Below are positions 23,266 to 41,016 of a stretch of DNA of 64,000 nt, one piece after another. The DNA is from Lingula anatina (Eukaryota > Animalia > Brachiopoda), in contig CM120641.1 in assembly GCA_051362555.1 (NCBI GenBank), forward strand, positions 47,498,401 to 47,562,400. Direction: 5' to 3'. Position numbers and translations under genes: made by a program. Every line of letters begins with the position of its first letter. Positions within the stretch are counted from its first letter, which is position 1. The notes beneath the pieces are model-generated. The model was not told the origin of the DNA and did not search any database. It saw only the letters and a program-made list of their open reading frames with translations.

Positions 23266-26200
23266 TTAACACTAACTCAGAACATTAAGTGAAACGTTCT
23301 TCCATTTTATATATGAGGTGATTGTAAGAGTATTTTATATAGAATTGGCATACTGAGCTTGAACAATCTAAAAGGTTTTATAATTTATAGTTTTTTATTT
23401 TTGTTTGTTTGTTTGTTTCTATTTTTGTTTGTTTGTTTCTGTATTGTTATTTCTCATAATTAAAATTTTATTTCACCGTAAGGTCTTTTACATCATTTAT
23501 ACATTTAAGTTAGATTGTATTCATTCCATCATCTGTGATACTTATTTTTAGTGTTTTTTCGTTAGAATTTTTTTAATTTATTTATTTTTATTTATTTATT
23601 ATTGTATACAGTTTGTGAAATAAAATACGATTTACAAAGTCTGTTTGTTAAATTTTTAAAATGGTATTCAAATAAATAGACTAAGAAGCCAAATTTTATT
23701 GATAAAAAAGTAATTAAGCTAATTAATTATTAAAAAACGGAAGCTACTGATATGTTGCCATAATGGTCTTAATGGTTACAATTGACCCAAAGGTTGCTTG
23801 TATGAAAAGTTATATTTGTCACATATACAGTAAGCCAAACAATATACAATAAAACAAAAAAGAAGAAAAAAGAACAAGTTTAATTGCATTTTGCATTCAA
23901 AATGTATAAAGTATAACCGTGTAAATGTAGAAGTAATTTAATATTTGTGTAGACTTAGATTTATTATGAATACTTGGTAGTATAACCTTGGCCAGTGCTT
24001 ATAAACACCTCAACATATATTATGAAAATTACAGAGCTCAGTTTAGGTCGTGAATTGTGTTAATCAAGTTTCAACTTAAATAGTCAGGCCTTGTTTATTT
24101 TTACCTGCTTTTTTTCTCAGAATTGTTTATTGTAAAAATGAAATGAAAAATAAAAGTTATATGTGACAAAATGTGACCTTGTGGGTGTTTTTGTCTTTTT
24201 AGGGGGGTGCAGAAAAGTAAGTGAAATATTTTTATTGTCGTGCGCTGTTTCATTTCCAGATAACCCATTGAACTTCATCTCAACTGGCATACACTTTGTT
24301 CTTCTAAAGCAACATTAACTACCACCACTTTTTGAAATAAACTGGTAAAACAAAATTATTATAAATTTTCCACCTTGTCTCCCCTAAAAATACCGGCTTT
24401 TCTTGAGTCACCTTGACATTACAGCTGAAGCCGTACGGTTTTATTGTTGTGCTGTGCAAATTCAGCCGGCTATCAGCTGATAACAACTACGCGTCAGATT
24501 GAAGGTACAAAACATAGAGCTAATGGTACCTGAACAGCTCCTAAACAAACCAAGACCATAAATGGTTATTTCAAGGTAAGAAAATGCATTACAATGACTT
24601 TAGCTTAGCTATATCTTTTCCAAGCGTTCATATTTTCCAGGGGCCATTGACCAACTTCGCTCTTTATTAGAGATACATGTAAATCTTTGACGTGAATTCA
24701 TTAATGCACAAAGAGCACTCCTCTGATGGGGATAGAAATGAGATTAACTTGGCTCTTTGGTGATATATGTTATTTCGTTTTTTCTGAGACAATGAAGGCT
24801 AAATGTCTTTAGGCTGCAGTTATTACACCGCAATAGCACCAATATATCCTCCCGCTGTTTGAAACGAGCTGTTGACTTGAAGAATGCGTCTAGATCGTTC
24901 ATACACGTACTAGTAGAGTCATTGATGGTAAATGTTCTTTTGTCAGGGGTTCATTGATATAAAACTCTGTTAGCTACCAGTAGACTTATGAGCCTTCAGG
25001 TAAATTAACTCTTTGTGTAGAAAATATGTTTTATAGAATAAGAATGCTGGGCATTCAAGCTTGGTTCTATTCACATAATCAAATATAATCCCAGATCTAC
25101 CGGTATATGCCAAGCACCAGATAACAAGTCTGAGGAACTTGCCAAAAACACAGAGATGTCAGCTGCTAAATGATGATAATTTGCCATGTTTGTAGTGTCA
25201 TAGAGGTTTGTTTATGTGTATAGATCTGGGTGGTGTTTGTGTTATTAAACAGCTGTTGTTCACCTGGTATGAACTGGGTCAAGTTATGTGCACCTTACCT
25301 GCACCCAGAATATGTTTGTTCCTGATGTTGACAGTAGTCTTTGTCATTATAAAAAGAATTCCACATTACAATACTTTGGGACAATTAACAATAAATGCTG
25401 TCTTTGTTGCTGGATTTGGCTCTGAAGAAGCTTTAATTATATTATTTTCTGCTATAGATCTACTGAGTAAGGGTAAGTCATGTAGGATTTTGCCATGCAA
25501 GTTTATAGCAGGCAGGTGTGCCAAATTAGATAACATGAGCTACTTGTTAGTCATATTGTTCAATTTTACTTATTTTATTAGATTTAATTTTTATGTCATT
25601 TAAGCAAGTTTTATGTGAAATTGCCATATAAGAAATGTATTGAAACTTGTGTATGAATTATCAGAAGATTATAGATAACCCAATAAATGTCACTGTAATA
25701 ATTAAATGTCACTGTAATATATGCATCCCATGCTCAATAAACTTATTTATTATAATTAAGAATCAGTGAATTTTCCCTGGTATAGTTTTTTTAAAAATCA
25801 ATATATCTAGGACACAAAAGGATATATAAGTTGCCATGGTTTTACCTTAATATGCCGTGATTATAAACACAACAATATAATGGCCTTGGTAGTGATTGAA
25901 GGAATATGACTAAGGAAATGGCATATTTTCTTTAAGGTGCATCTATATCCAGAACATCAACTCAGAGACTGTTACTAAGTGAGAACTCTCAAGAGAAGGC
26001 AGAGCAGGCAGGTACAGTACTTTTTTCTACTTGGATATAGCAGCATATGAGCATTGCATGCACATATTACCAGTTTACATTCTGGTTTTATCCAACCTAG
26101 CAATATTTTAATATGTGTCTGAGAAGAAATTACAAAAATAACTTCCACTGAATAAGTCAGGGAGTAATTACTTATTATGTGTCAGGCAAAAATTATTGTT

Positions 26201-26756
26201 TGTTCCACAGGCACCACATTTTACAAATGTTTTATGAACTGCCTTTCAGAGAAGAAAGCTGCATTGTTATATTGGATTTTATAAATTGCATTTTCCCTCT
26301 GTGACAGCTTTTCTCTCTATTGCTTTTAACTCTTTATATTCAGTATTGATTATTATAATATTAAAGGAGAGAAAAGAATTGTTCTTATTATAAAGTATCT
26401 GAAGCTGAATTTGTGCATTATTGAGCCGTACTGTCTAATTTGTCATGTTTCGATACATATGCTTAAAACCTTGTAACAGAGAGAGCCTGTAAATGTGACT
26501 GAACATGCCTTCAGAGCTCTAACTTGCTAGTATATACAGGTTAAGAGTTTTACCAAAGGGTAAAGATGTTGCAGAAGGTACAGATACTTTGACATAACCT
26601 CAACAGATGAGGTTATTTTGTAGAGTCTACTTCAGAGGTAACTTTCCACTTAGCATCCCATTACATCTGGATAAGAACAGATTTGTAAAAGTAATGTATT
26701 TTTACGAGGTCATTGTGTTTCAGTTGTCTGGAGGGAAATAAAATCCATATTTCAAC

Positions 26757-27919
26757 ATGGCTACTAGCCAAGTAGCTGCTAGTCACCAAGCTGACGTTAA
26801 CAAAAATGAGGGAAGAGGAACAACAGCCACAGTACCTACAATAGCAAAACCACATGCTAAGAAAGGAAGACTCTCAGTAAGATAAATATAAGACTGAGAA
26901 GAATATGAATAATTTAATATTAATTTATCCTTGATGTTTAAATCTGGATATTGTACAAAGTTTGATGTTAAAATATGCACTAATTCAAATGGTACAGATT
27001 TATTAAAGGATTCATGACTGGAATAAGGAGGAACTATATTCAAATGCAAAATAAGCTTTTATGCCTGTCACTTTGTTTTATTCCCTTTTTTATGTGAAAG
27101 GCAAAGAATTTTTTCTGAGTATTGATGTACGGTAAGAAATTCACACAGGATAAAATGAAGCAAGTTCTTTGGCAAAAGTACATTCTGTGACATTATCAAT
27201 AATCTTGAATTCATCCCAAGTTTCTATAAATGAAACTTCGTCACTTTGAAGTCCACAGCAGATGCCTTTTACAATATATAATATGAAACCTTGTTATATT
27301 TTCAGTCTTCCTGTTCAGTAGACAGTATCCACCATATGCATGAACCCACAGACCACATGCTCCTAGCAGTAACCAATCACATCTTCAGAAAAAACTGGCA
27401 CAGTCTTGGAGAGAAGCTAGGCTTCACTCCAACAGAGATGAAGAAATATGAAGATAGATATCCTACTGATGAGAAACAGCCAGTACGTAACATTTTATCA
27501 TGTTTAACTAGGATACTTCATATTTACGGAAACTTTTTCTTTTATTAAGATTTTGCGTTAGGCTTTTTTGTGTATTTTTCCCCCTTCTTTCTTTTTCTCC
27601 TTTAATGATTTACTTAATATTTATATGAGAGGCAGCAAATAAGTTACTTTATCAGGTGTATTTTTATTTAAATGGTTTGTCTACTGCAATGTCTTCTGAA
27701 TGGTGTAACTCAATCATTCCAAAGTTTTGTGCCGTTCTTTTTATTAAAAAAATTCCAATCTGTCTGCAGGTGTTTTTGATGTTAAGAACATGGCGAGACA
27801 GGCAGGGAGAATCAGCAACAACGGAACATCTGGAAGATGCTTTGGCTTCAGTGAGATTGTCTGACGTGGCTGAAGACATTCATGAGCTCTACTGCCTAGA
27901 AACTGTGGATGAGTTGTAG
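26757..27919 (+). CDS. Small death-domain protein (148 aa)
   Basis: Phase-0 exons 26757-26876, 27306-27482, 27770-27919, with an in-frame stop upstream of the ATG. Contains KNWHSLGEKLGFTPTEMKKYEDRYPTDEKQPVFLMLRTWRDRQGESATTEHLEDALASVRLSDVAEDI, a death-domain pattern. Likely 5' UTR exons at about 24480-24575 and 25937-26011. Confidence 0.82.
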
Positions 27920-30517
27920 AAAGGCTGCCCCCTTCTAAGGCAGAAGTCCAGCAATATGTGTAAAATACTTGTTCTGCGCAGTTCACATGTAACCTTTTTT
28001 GCAGCACATAACTGTGTTAAAGAGGTGTTTAATGAGATAAAAGTTATGGATGCAAAACTGAATATGTTTTTCAATGTTTCAATGTTGTATGGTATGAGTA
28101 GTTGACTCTTTCAATATTGCTTCATATTCTTTCAGGTTGTTCTTATTTAAGGTTATAATATTACTGTTATTTTTGATTGAGCTTCACAGATGTTTTTTTT
28201 TTCTACCATTTTGGATGCTAAATTAGTTAATTTAGCCATGAAAAAAGTTTTTTTTTGTTTCATATTTCTTTTTTTCGTGTAATTTTGTATTGCTGCCATT
28301 TTCAGGCTTTTCTGGTTGTCGAAACTTTCACCCAAACTGAATGGCTTTAACTTAGTTCTCATCGTCTCTTTCAACAAGTTTCTGTTTTGGTTTTTCGAAA
28401 TTAAAATGATGACCTGAACTGTATTTAAAGAAATTTGGACATACTTACGTCAGGTAAAACTAGGTAACCTCTGACTGGTGCTAATGTTTGATGAGCTTCA
28501 CCTCTATTTTCTCACTGCTTTGTAATGTGCCATTCTGTGTAGTGTACATAACCACTTCAGTTTATATCCCAACTTGTCTCTTCATAGAAGATAATGTATG
28601 CTTTATTTCAGATGCCAAAATGAAATGAAAAAAAAGGGCATATTAAGCCAGTGTCTTTATGTTGATTTGTACATTTTATGTTGTTGTCAGAGAAATCTAT
28701 CCGCAGTCTGCTGCAAACAGTGCCATTATTCAGAACTTTTGTATTTTGTACACAGGCTTGTAATTTGGAGTTAAATTTTCCATATTTGGGTGAGGTTATT
28801 GAAATTTATTTCTGGTTATTGCAAAGCATTTTTTAAATTATGTAAAAGAGGTTGGGATACTAAATACAAAGTTTGTTTTATTCTAATAATAATAACTTTT
28901 TTGTTATTGAATATCAAAAGTAATGCTCTTTACAATATGACAAGTTGATGTCAAAAAGTGGTTGTATTTTTTATATACATGAAAATTACTATATTAATTT
29001 AATAGACCAGTCCCCACTGAGTGAACTTTACTATCAGTATAAAAAGGAGGTAGAAAATTTCAATGGCATGCAGTCTACTTAAACAATAAATGTGTATGTA
29101 AGATGATACAAGAATATCAACTAGTAACTGAAGCTATATTCCTTGATCTCCATGTTAGTTTTCTGTTTTTTAACAATGGGAAGTTTTCAGTTACGCTTCT
29201 GTATTTTGTTTGAAAAATGCCTTTTCAAAAAAATAAAAATAAATTATGGTTAAAGAAGACCCATGCTTATTAGTTCTTTTGAACCCTGTTTATGACATGG
29301 TTTAAACCATTATATTCATCCAGAAAAAGAAGCAGTTCATGGCCTTAATTCGAAGTGGAGGAAGTTAAAAACTTTCAATTTCCTGTCAAATAGCTTAGAC
29401 TTGTGTCTGAAGCATGAAACTAAAACCACAGTTAAGTCCTTTTAACATCCCACAGCAGTGTTTGGTATTGCACAGATTAGACTCTAAAATGAGTTTACTT
29501 ACACAAGAGGGAAGGGTTTCTAAATTTTCATAACCTCTGTACCAATCAAAATTTATCCAGGTAACCATTTCGGGGAGGCAAAGATCAATTATGTAACAGC
29601 CATGTAATGAACTTGTCAATCTCTTAAGTTGATACAGAAAACTACCATAGGAAGTGAGAGAAAAGGACCAAAGACTTCAAACTCTTTGCAGAGCCTAAAA
29701 TATCCCTCTGACTCCATGATACATTTTGCCACATGTCACTGCTGCACTACATCATTATATAACAGCTGTGTGCAAGCAACTGGTTCACACTTCCTGTTTA
29801 AGGCCAAGTGTTCAATGACGTCTTAGTCTATATAGTATTACACTAATTTATTTCCTTAAAGTGCACTCCAGCTCATATTTTCATCTTCAGTATTCATTAA
29901 ATTAAAAAAAAAAAAGCATTATAATCATTCACCTGCCATTGTATAAAACTGTCTTCTTTGTTATGGATTTTCATTTGCCATTTTTCATGAGTGGCTTAAA
30001 CCACAATGTATCATACATATCTGTCCTGTAATAATGTAATCTCTGGTCCACATTTTCATCTGTCATTTCCCATGACTGACTAAAAACTAATAATGCAGCA
30101 TATAAAATTTAAATATCATCTTTGTGCTACATTTTTGATTGCCATTTCCCATGAATGACTTTAAACCATATTGCAGTATCTGGATATCCCAACACAAGAT
30201 AGTGTTGGTGATGTCAACTGCAGAAATTACTGCAAAAAGTCGCTAAAATATTAGTAAATACTGGTTATTAGCACAGACTACAATCTTATAAAGGCATGAG
30301 TTTAACAAAAACTCATTATTGCATTACAAAAGGTCGACTTTGAAAATTGCATTTATGAAAGGCTTAATTTGCCACAGAAGTAATTCTGATGCTCATTTTA
30401 TTTGAGACATGACCCTTTTTTTCCAATCCTTGTTGAAAGCACCAAAGCAAGGTTGAAATCAGGTTCAGTAATCATTTAAAATGTCTGTACACTTTGCAGC
30501 CTCTGTTTGGATGCAAC

Positions 30518-33500
30518 TCACGTTGTGTGCATATTGGATCTTCTTTTAGCTTTATCCTGTACAAATGAAAAAAAAAAAAAAGAAAAGCAAAATGTCACAG
30601 TTAACAGGTGAAATATATTATATTATATTTTTAGGTCATTTTAAAATATGTTCACACTTGAATGTGTGCATGAATCCATGTTCACACATAGCTTATTAAT
30701 TAATTAATTAGTTAATTAATTAATTAATTAATTATATCTTAGTGGTTTCCATCAATAATGAATATTTATTTCTGCATATTTTGCACTTGCATTCTCGGAA
30801 AATCTGAACTTGTTAACTATGTATGCCTAATTTCAGTTAAATACAGAATGAGTAACAACTGCAATGGCAAATGTAGGACCAGTAAAATGAAGCCACATGG
30901 CTTATTAGTCAGTGATTGCAGTGTTTGGATAATGCAACACTTGCAACTGGAAAATGGGGCAAGGCTCTTATAATTACAGACTGTTATCTGGTGATTGCAC
31001 AAAGACTTGCTATTATAGAACCAGTCAGCATATTTAGATATCTATTCAAAGTATGCACTTGACTCAGTCATTATTTTAGGATGTAAGAAAATATAGGAAG
31101 AAATGGCACTATGGTCTTATGACTGGGGGGTCTAGGCCGTTCAAAGCAGGAAACCACCATGAAAAATTATACTTTTAAATCAGGGGGGAAAATCAGTTTT
31201 TGGAACTTACCAATTTCCACTTAATTATGTTCATCCACTCTGAAGCTTCCTGATCAGAGGCAGCGTAAATATAAAATGTGCGCCATGGAAACACCAATCT
31301 GTAATGAAGTACAAACAATTACATTGTAAATGAGCAAAAGATGTGAGCAATAATTTGGTTATTGCCAACATAGGTTGTTTTAAATCTATTATACTGTTGA
31401 ATTCTATGTACATACATTAACATACCAGTACAAAAAAATAGACACTTAGCATTTGTCAAGCTATATCTCTTTTTTTTTATTTGTAATCCAATACCCCTCC
31501 AAATAAGGTTGAAACAGAACACATATCAAGTTGTTATATAAGTATTAAATATGAAATTAACCCAGGGCAGTCATCTCATACAGACCAATTTTTAGGAAAA
31601 AAATGTGCACACTAAGCAGCTGTTTAGACCTGCTGTGTTTTGAAAAGCAATCAGCACATTGTTGAAATTAATTTCAACAAAAGCTACTTTATAATATCAC
31701 TCAAGCAACGTATTTTCTTTAAACTATAATAATACTGAAAAATTAAAAATAAACACTATTGAACCCATGATATTTATTGGTGTCTATTTTTTTGTACTGG
31801 TATGTTAATGTATGTACATAGAATTCAACAATAGCGTTCTCTCAAAAGCCATTTCCCTAGCCCTTATCTTTACGTAAACTCATTTTTCACCTGAAGCAAT
31901 ATCTGAACTCTGTTTTCTCACCTAAAGCAGTTTGATTTTCCTTTTGTGTCATCCTTTTCACATTCTTTGCATTCCATCAAGTCCAAGCTTCTAATTGGCT
32001 GTTTGTCTGTGCTATCTTTAAAATATTTCAAATCTGTCTTCCTCAGAACAAACCATCTTGTCTTCCATGACTAAAATTGAATAAATCAATGCTATAAAAA
32101 ATATTCTTTGTCAGTAAGAACAATTAAGGAACAGGAAATCAGTACTGGTACCGTCACATGGAACGCCGTATGTACAAAAAAGATGAAAGTATCATTTTGA
32201 TCAGAAATTTTTTTTTTTGCGTGGTGCTCACATTATTTTGAGATCGTCACTTTCATCATTTTGAGAGAAAGTATTTTCTACAAAGTTGTTTCATCATTTT
32301 GCATGTCGAGTTTATCGTTTTGAGATACCGTCATGCTTTGTGCGAGATGATGCAATACCAGGGGTCGTCTCATAAGAAACGGTAGGAAAAGGAACTAACG
32401 CATCCAGGAATGGGTCCCGGTTCACTGTCAACAAAAAGTTGTTAGTGCCTGGCTACAAGCCTTATAAGTACCCCTTCGTCTCTGAATTTGGCCTTCAGGT
32501 GTCCCAAATCAGTTTCCTCCAGGATTTGATCCATATCTACCACATTGTGGCCTGGCACTAACAACTTTTTGTTCTGGAGGTCCTTGAATGGCAGTGCATA
32601 GTGATTTCCATTTTGTCAGAATATGAAAAAACGGCCTTTTTTTTCATTTGATAAATAGTGAAAATGAAATAAAAAATCAACCTCGATTTTCGTTTTTCCT
32701 TTAAAAATTATTTTTCGTTTTTTTTCCACTTTTTTGTGACATAATAAAAACAAAAACGAAAGATTTCAAAACGTGATAGAAAATAGAAACATCCACTTAT
32801 GTCCCATGTCTAGAGAGTGAAAAATATTAGAAAATACGCCCCTTTCTCCTTCTGTGAAGAATTGGAATATCGAAACATTCACGTCCGTTTTTGCATTTCC
32901 ATTCATAAAATGAAAATCAGAAAAACAAACGGACTTCCGTTTTACTATTTAAATCGAAAATTGAATAATGAACACTTTTTGATCCTGTCATTTCCTCAAA
33001 GATTTGATCCTGTCATTTCCTCAATTTCACCTTTTAACAAAAGAAAGCACAAAAACGGTCGATATTCATATTTTCTATCATATCTGGGATCTGTTAATGT
33101 TGTATTTTGCATTTTATGGTAAAACATAGAAAACAAGGGCAATTCGTGTTTTTCCATTTTTCATTTTAAATGGAAAAATGAAAATTGAGTTTCATTTTCC
33201 ACAGGGGCGAATCCAAAGATATTTTCTGACAGGCTTCCAAATTATCTTCATTGATCCAGCCTCCATTTTTGACCATCTTCCGACAAAAAAATTAGATGCC
33301 TGTCAATGTAAACTTGAAAATCTGACTGTCTTCCAGAAGACAACCTAAATCTGCCCCTGTTCCATTACATGTTGGCCATTTCTATCAAATGGAAATGAAA
33401 AACGGCCGTTTTTTCATTTTCTGACGATATGGAAATCACTTTGCTCCCCCCCCCATTCTGTTTGCCCCGCTATACACCGACGCCTGGATGCGTTAGTTCC

Positions 33501-33969
33501 TTTTCCCACTGATTGTATTGAGACGACCCCTGGTATTGCATCATCTCACGCAAAGTATGTTGGTATCTCAAAACGATAAACTCGACATGCAAAATGATAA
33601 AAGATTTTGTAGACAATACTTTTCTCTCTAAATGATGAAAGTGACGATCTCAAAATGATGTTAGCAACGCGCAAAAAAAATTTTCTGGTCAAAATAATAC
33701 TTTCATCTTTTTTGTACAAACGGTGTTCCATACTATCAAAATAAGTTCTTATTCTGATTTACTGTCAGTTTACAAATTAGCCCTGTCATTGTTGATACTT
33801 TGTCATACCTAAGATCACATTATCTTCAAAAACACATGATTTTAAAGAAATGTTTAATGGGAACCCTATGAGTAAATGTGTAAAGGAAAACATCATTGTA
33901 AAATTGTTGTAAAATGTTGTTAATTGTTTCCAACAGTCTTGAACATGGAGGTTACTCTGGGCACCAAAG

Positions 33970-34019
<50 letters not shown>

Positions 34020-36530
34020 GAGTATCAACAATGAGAGAGAGAGAGACTGATTTCTTTAATGCTATTCAATCTGTCCATGGAAAATGCATTCGCCAGTTGG
34101 AAGTGAAAAAAGTGCTTCACACATTCAACACAGAAATGATGTAAGGGCCATCAGACAGTGTGGATACCAGTCAGTCTACCATACCTTGAATATATCCCCT
34201 TGTTTGGTAAGGTAGCCTTCCTTGGTCCCCACCTGAATACAGAACTTGATGTAAAATACAGCAGTTCATGTGGCAATGCCAATTATAAAAACAACTCTTT
34301 TGTCAATCCAGTTATCTAATGCAAGCAACATCCTGATATTTGAAAATAAAATTGATGTCTTTTCATATAATTTGTTGGGAGTAGAAGCTAGGGGTATTAT
34401 TAGGTCATCGTGTAGAAAAAAGAAACACAGAAAAATTATTATTAATAAATAAATAAATAATATTTTACCTCAAAATTTGGCACTGAATTTGTACTTTGTC
34501 GTCCATGCATTCCAAACTCAGCATGGACATGAACCTGGTCGTACGTGTCGTGTTCCTCCACATCTCTGGGATATGGATATTTTAACACAGTCAGTACTCC
34601 TGAAAATAGCATGTTACATTGTCACTGGAACTGACTGCATTGTGAACCAGAACAATCGGTTTCAGACTATTATCTTTTCAAACGTTGAATTTCCACCCTA
34701 AAAATGACCCCTCAACATGCACACCCCCAGGTACCATTTTTACCCTCTTATGTTACTTTTTATGTACAGACACAGTGGTTTTATGTCTGTATATGTGCCA
34801 TCTTTGATATCAGATAATCATACAGTAATACTTGATGGATTGTGTATATTCCAAACAGCACTACGTCTTCAATGTTTGAAATGTATTATTAGCAGTATCA
34901 TGTACATTATTTTTTTTTTATAGTTTAGCTTACGTCGATATTGTAAAATATATTTGGTATAATGTAGGTCATATGCTTTTTAAATAATTTTCTAGTATCA
35001 ATTAGAAAAATTTGTGCAACTATTGGTTACAAACCTGACTCCCCTCCTATTAATGGCTGGTTTTCAAAATGCTTCACAAATTCTTCTGAAGTGTTGAATG
35101 TCGCCATTCCAAACTTTATACCATCACTCTCACAGTACACTGGGTAGTGCTTTACAGCATCTTTTGTCCTGGAATTTTATCAAGTACTTGTAAAGTACTA
35201 CTTAAACATATCTTAATATATGGAACTTTTAAATATATCTTGATGTTTATATAAAACTTTGAAACAAAAGTTGTTATACCACACGGAAACGAATGACTTT
35301 CAGTTTTATTCTTTGTCCTCCTCTTACTATCATTTTTACAAATATATGTGTACTCATGTATTCAGTGACCTTTTAAACAATTCATCAATACTCATGGTCT
35401 TTTATCAATCTTAAATATTAACACCGGTGTATCAAAATTGGCAAATAAGTGATATAACTGTTTATGTCATGAAATTGCGAATCATGACAAAAGTAATGTA
35501 ATTAAACCTTATCAGCTGATTATCAAGTAACGCAAAGCAGAGATTTTCCACATTACTATTATACCTGCTGAGGTAAATCACGTATCAAAAGAAAAAAAAA
35601 ATGAAATTATCACAAAATACCTTAGTTATCTGAATCAATCACTCTTATCATCATGTTGACTGATAAATTACCAACACTATTCTGCAATTTGCACAGGTCC
35701 CCATTTCAAATTCAATTCAAATCCCCATTCAAAAACTTCATTACTATTATAATTTTATTTCTATAAAGCCTTTAATTCAAAATGTTATTTCATATCTCAC
35801 AGAGAATAAAATGAAATTATTACAGTGTTGCATCACAAAGGGTAATTTTTACATGGCAGGGATAACAGTTAGCATACCTGACAGAGAGAGCGAACTCTCT
35901 CTCCTTGGAGCTTGGTCTCATCAGGTATGTCCCGTCTGTTCCATTGGTCATCAGAATACTCTCTGCCACATGTCTGTTGACACCGGGGTGATACCATCTA
36001 CAACAAACAACATACAAAATAAACATAATAATAATAATAAGAAGAATATGGGGCTTATTTATCTCTTGCAATGAACATTTCTGTACCAGACAAATAAAAA
36101 GATACTGCACAGTAAATACTATGACCTGAAAATGAACAGGACAATTTTTTTTCCAAATCATCATTCAAAAACCAATGAGGCAGAATTATGGCAATGGGGA
36201 GAACAGGTACCTGTATATACATGTATACTCTGGCATATCAATATACTGGTATGTAATATCATAATCAAGGGGGAGTAATATGACACATGGACGCAACAAT
36301 GTGGGGGCATAAAAAAAAATGACCTGGTGACATTTGCATCAAAGAATTGCAATGGTAAGGGTACCAAGCATGTAAGGCTGAAAATTGGGGCAAATAAAAG
36401 AATAACTCATATCACGTACAGACTCCACTAGTCATTAGCTAAGTCCTCTGATTCACAAGTATGATATTGTTAAAGAAGAAAATATCAACACTCACTCAAT
36501 CTTCTCAATGATTTCTTCTAGTGAGCCCAT
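30518..36530 (-). CDS. DAPP1: Dual adapter for phosphotyrosine and 3-phosphoinositides (DAPP1/Bam32)-like SH2-PH protein (247 aa)
   Basis: Phase-consistent exons 36530-36496, 35997-35878, 35168-35035, 34599-34469, 34232-34185, 32070-31922, 31298-31211, 30556-30518. SH2: WYHPGVNRHVAESILMTNGTDGTYLMRPS. Linker: LKYPYPRDVEEHDTYDQVHVH. PH: TKEGYLTKQG...SWKTRWFVLR...LVFPWRTFYIYA...EWMNIIKWKL. Confidence 0.9.
31392..31833. mobile_element. About 440-bp element with about 52-bp near-perfect TIRs in a DAPP1 intron
   Basis: TGTTGAATTCTATGTACATACATTAACATACCAGTACAAAAAAATAGACAC is inverted at about 31780-31830. Confidence 0.65.
32158..33731. mobile_element. About 1.6-kb fold-back element with about 250-bp TIRs and nested internal inverted repeats
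   Basis: 32158-32408 is the imperfect reverse complement of 33483-33731. Inner pairs: 32431-32459 / 32544-32572 and about 32601-32655 / 33380-33440. No recognisable ORF. Confidence 0.78.
33202..33359. mobile_element. MITE family C (CAGGGG...CCCCTG, 5-bp TSD), nested in the fold-back element
   Basis: TTCCA on both flanks. Core GATATTTTCTGACAG...TTCCAAATTATCTT is shared with 40176-40351 and 52511-52667. Confidence 0.72.
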
Positions 36531-36929
36531 GGCACACCCCCAATGTGTACATAAAAGTTAGTAGATACTCGTATCTGTGATCAAATATTGCACGAGTATA
36601 TTATCAGTAATATCTCTCTGCTGTACAGTACTGGGGCAGCCTATATGCCTTGTATTTTCAGTGATGTTGACGATACACCCTTGATCCCAACTATGAATAA
36701 GATCGAATCCTCTGTGTCTTCTTGTATCTGTTCTCAACACTGCGTCTTTTGCTGCTACAGGTTGTTGATGAGCCTGATTTGACGAATTTACAAGGCAGCA
36801 CTGCCAGCAGTGTCCACAAGTTCCTTTTGACTAGCTTGCACTGAACTAGAACCGTTTTCTGTCATCAGTCTGTTTCCACTGTTTCTTCTTTTATCAACAG
36901 ACTATTACCGATTTACGTTTGCCATTACC

Positions 36930-37098
36930 AATATTACTGTGACTAGAACAGTGTTCTAGCACGGAGTTCTGTTGGAAATCCCTGGTTCTAGGAAGCACCC
37001 ACGAATGAAGTTTACAAACCGGACAACGTGACCTACTTTACAGAAGTGAATGCAAAGAAGTGTTTGATTGGTCCATGCAATGCACATCTGCAGGTGTC
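36930..37098. promoter_or_regulatory. Probable bidirectional promoter between DAPP1-like and KAT8
   Basis: Head-to-head start codons at 36530 (-) and 37099 (+), under 600 bp apart. TSS positions are inferred. Confidence 0.5.

Positions 37099-41016
<3,918 letters not shown>

Noticed and set aside
25208-25603. 131-aa plus-strand ORF
   Set aside because: Non-ATG start, AT-rich hydrophobic composition, no recognisable domain; probably intronic in the death-domain gene leader.
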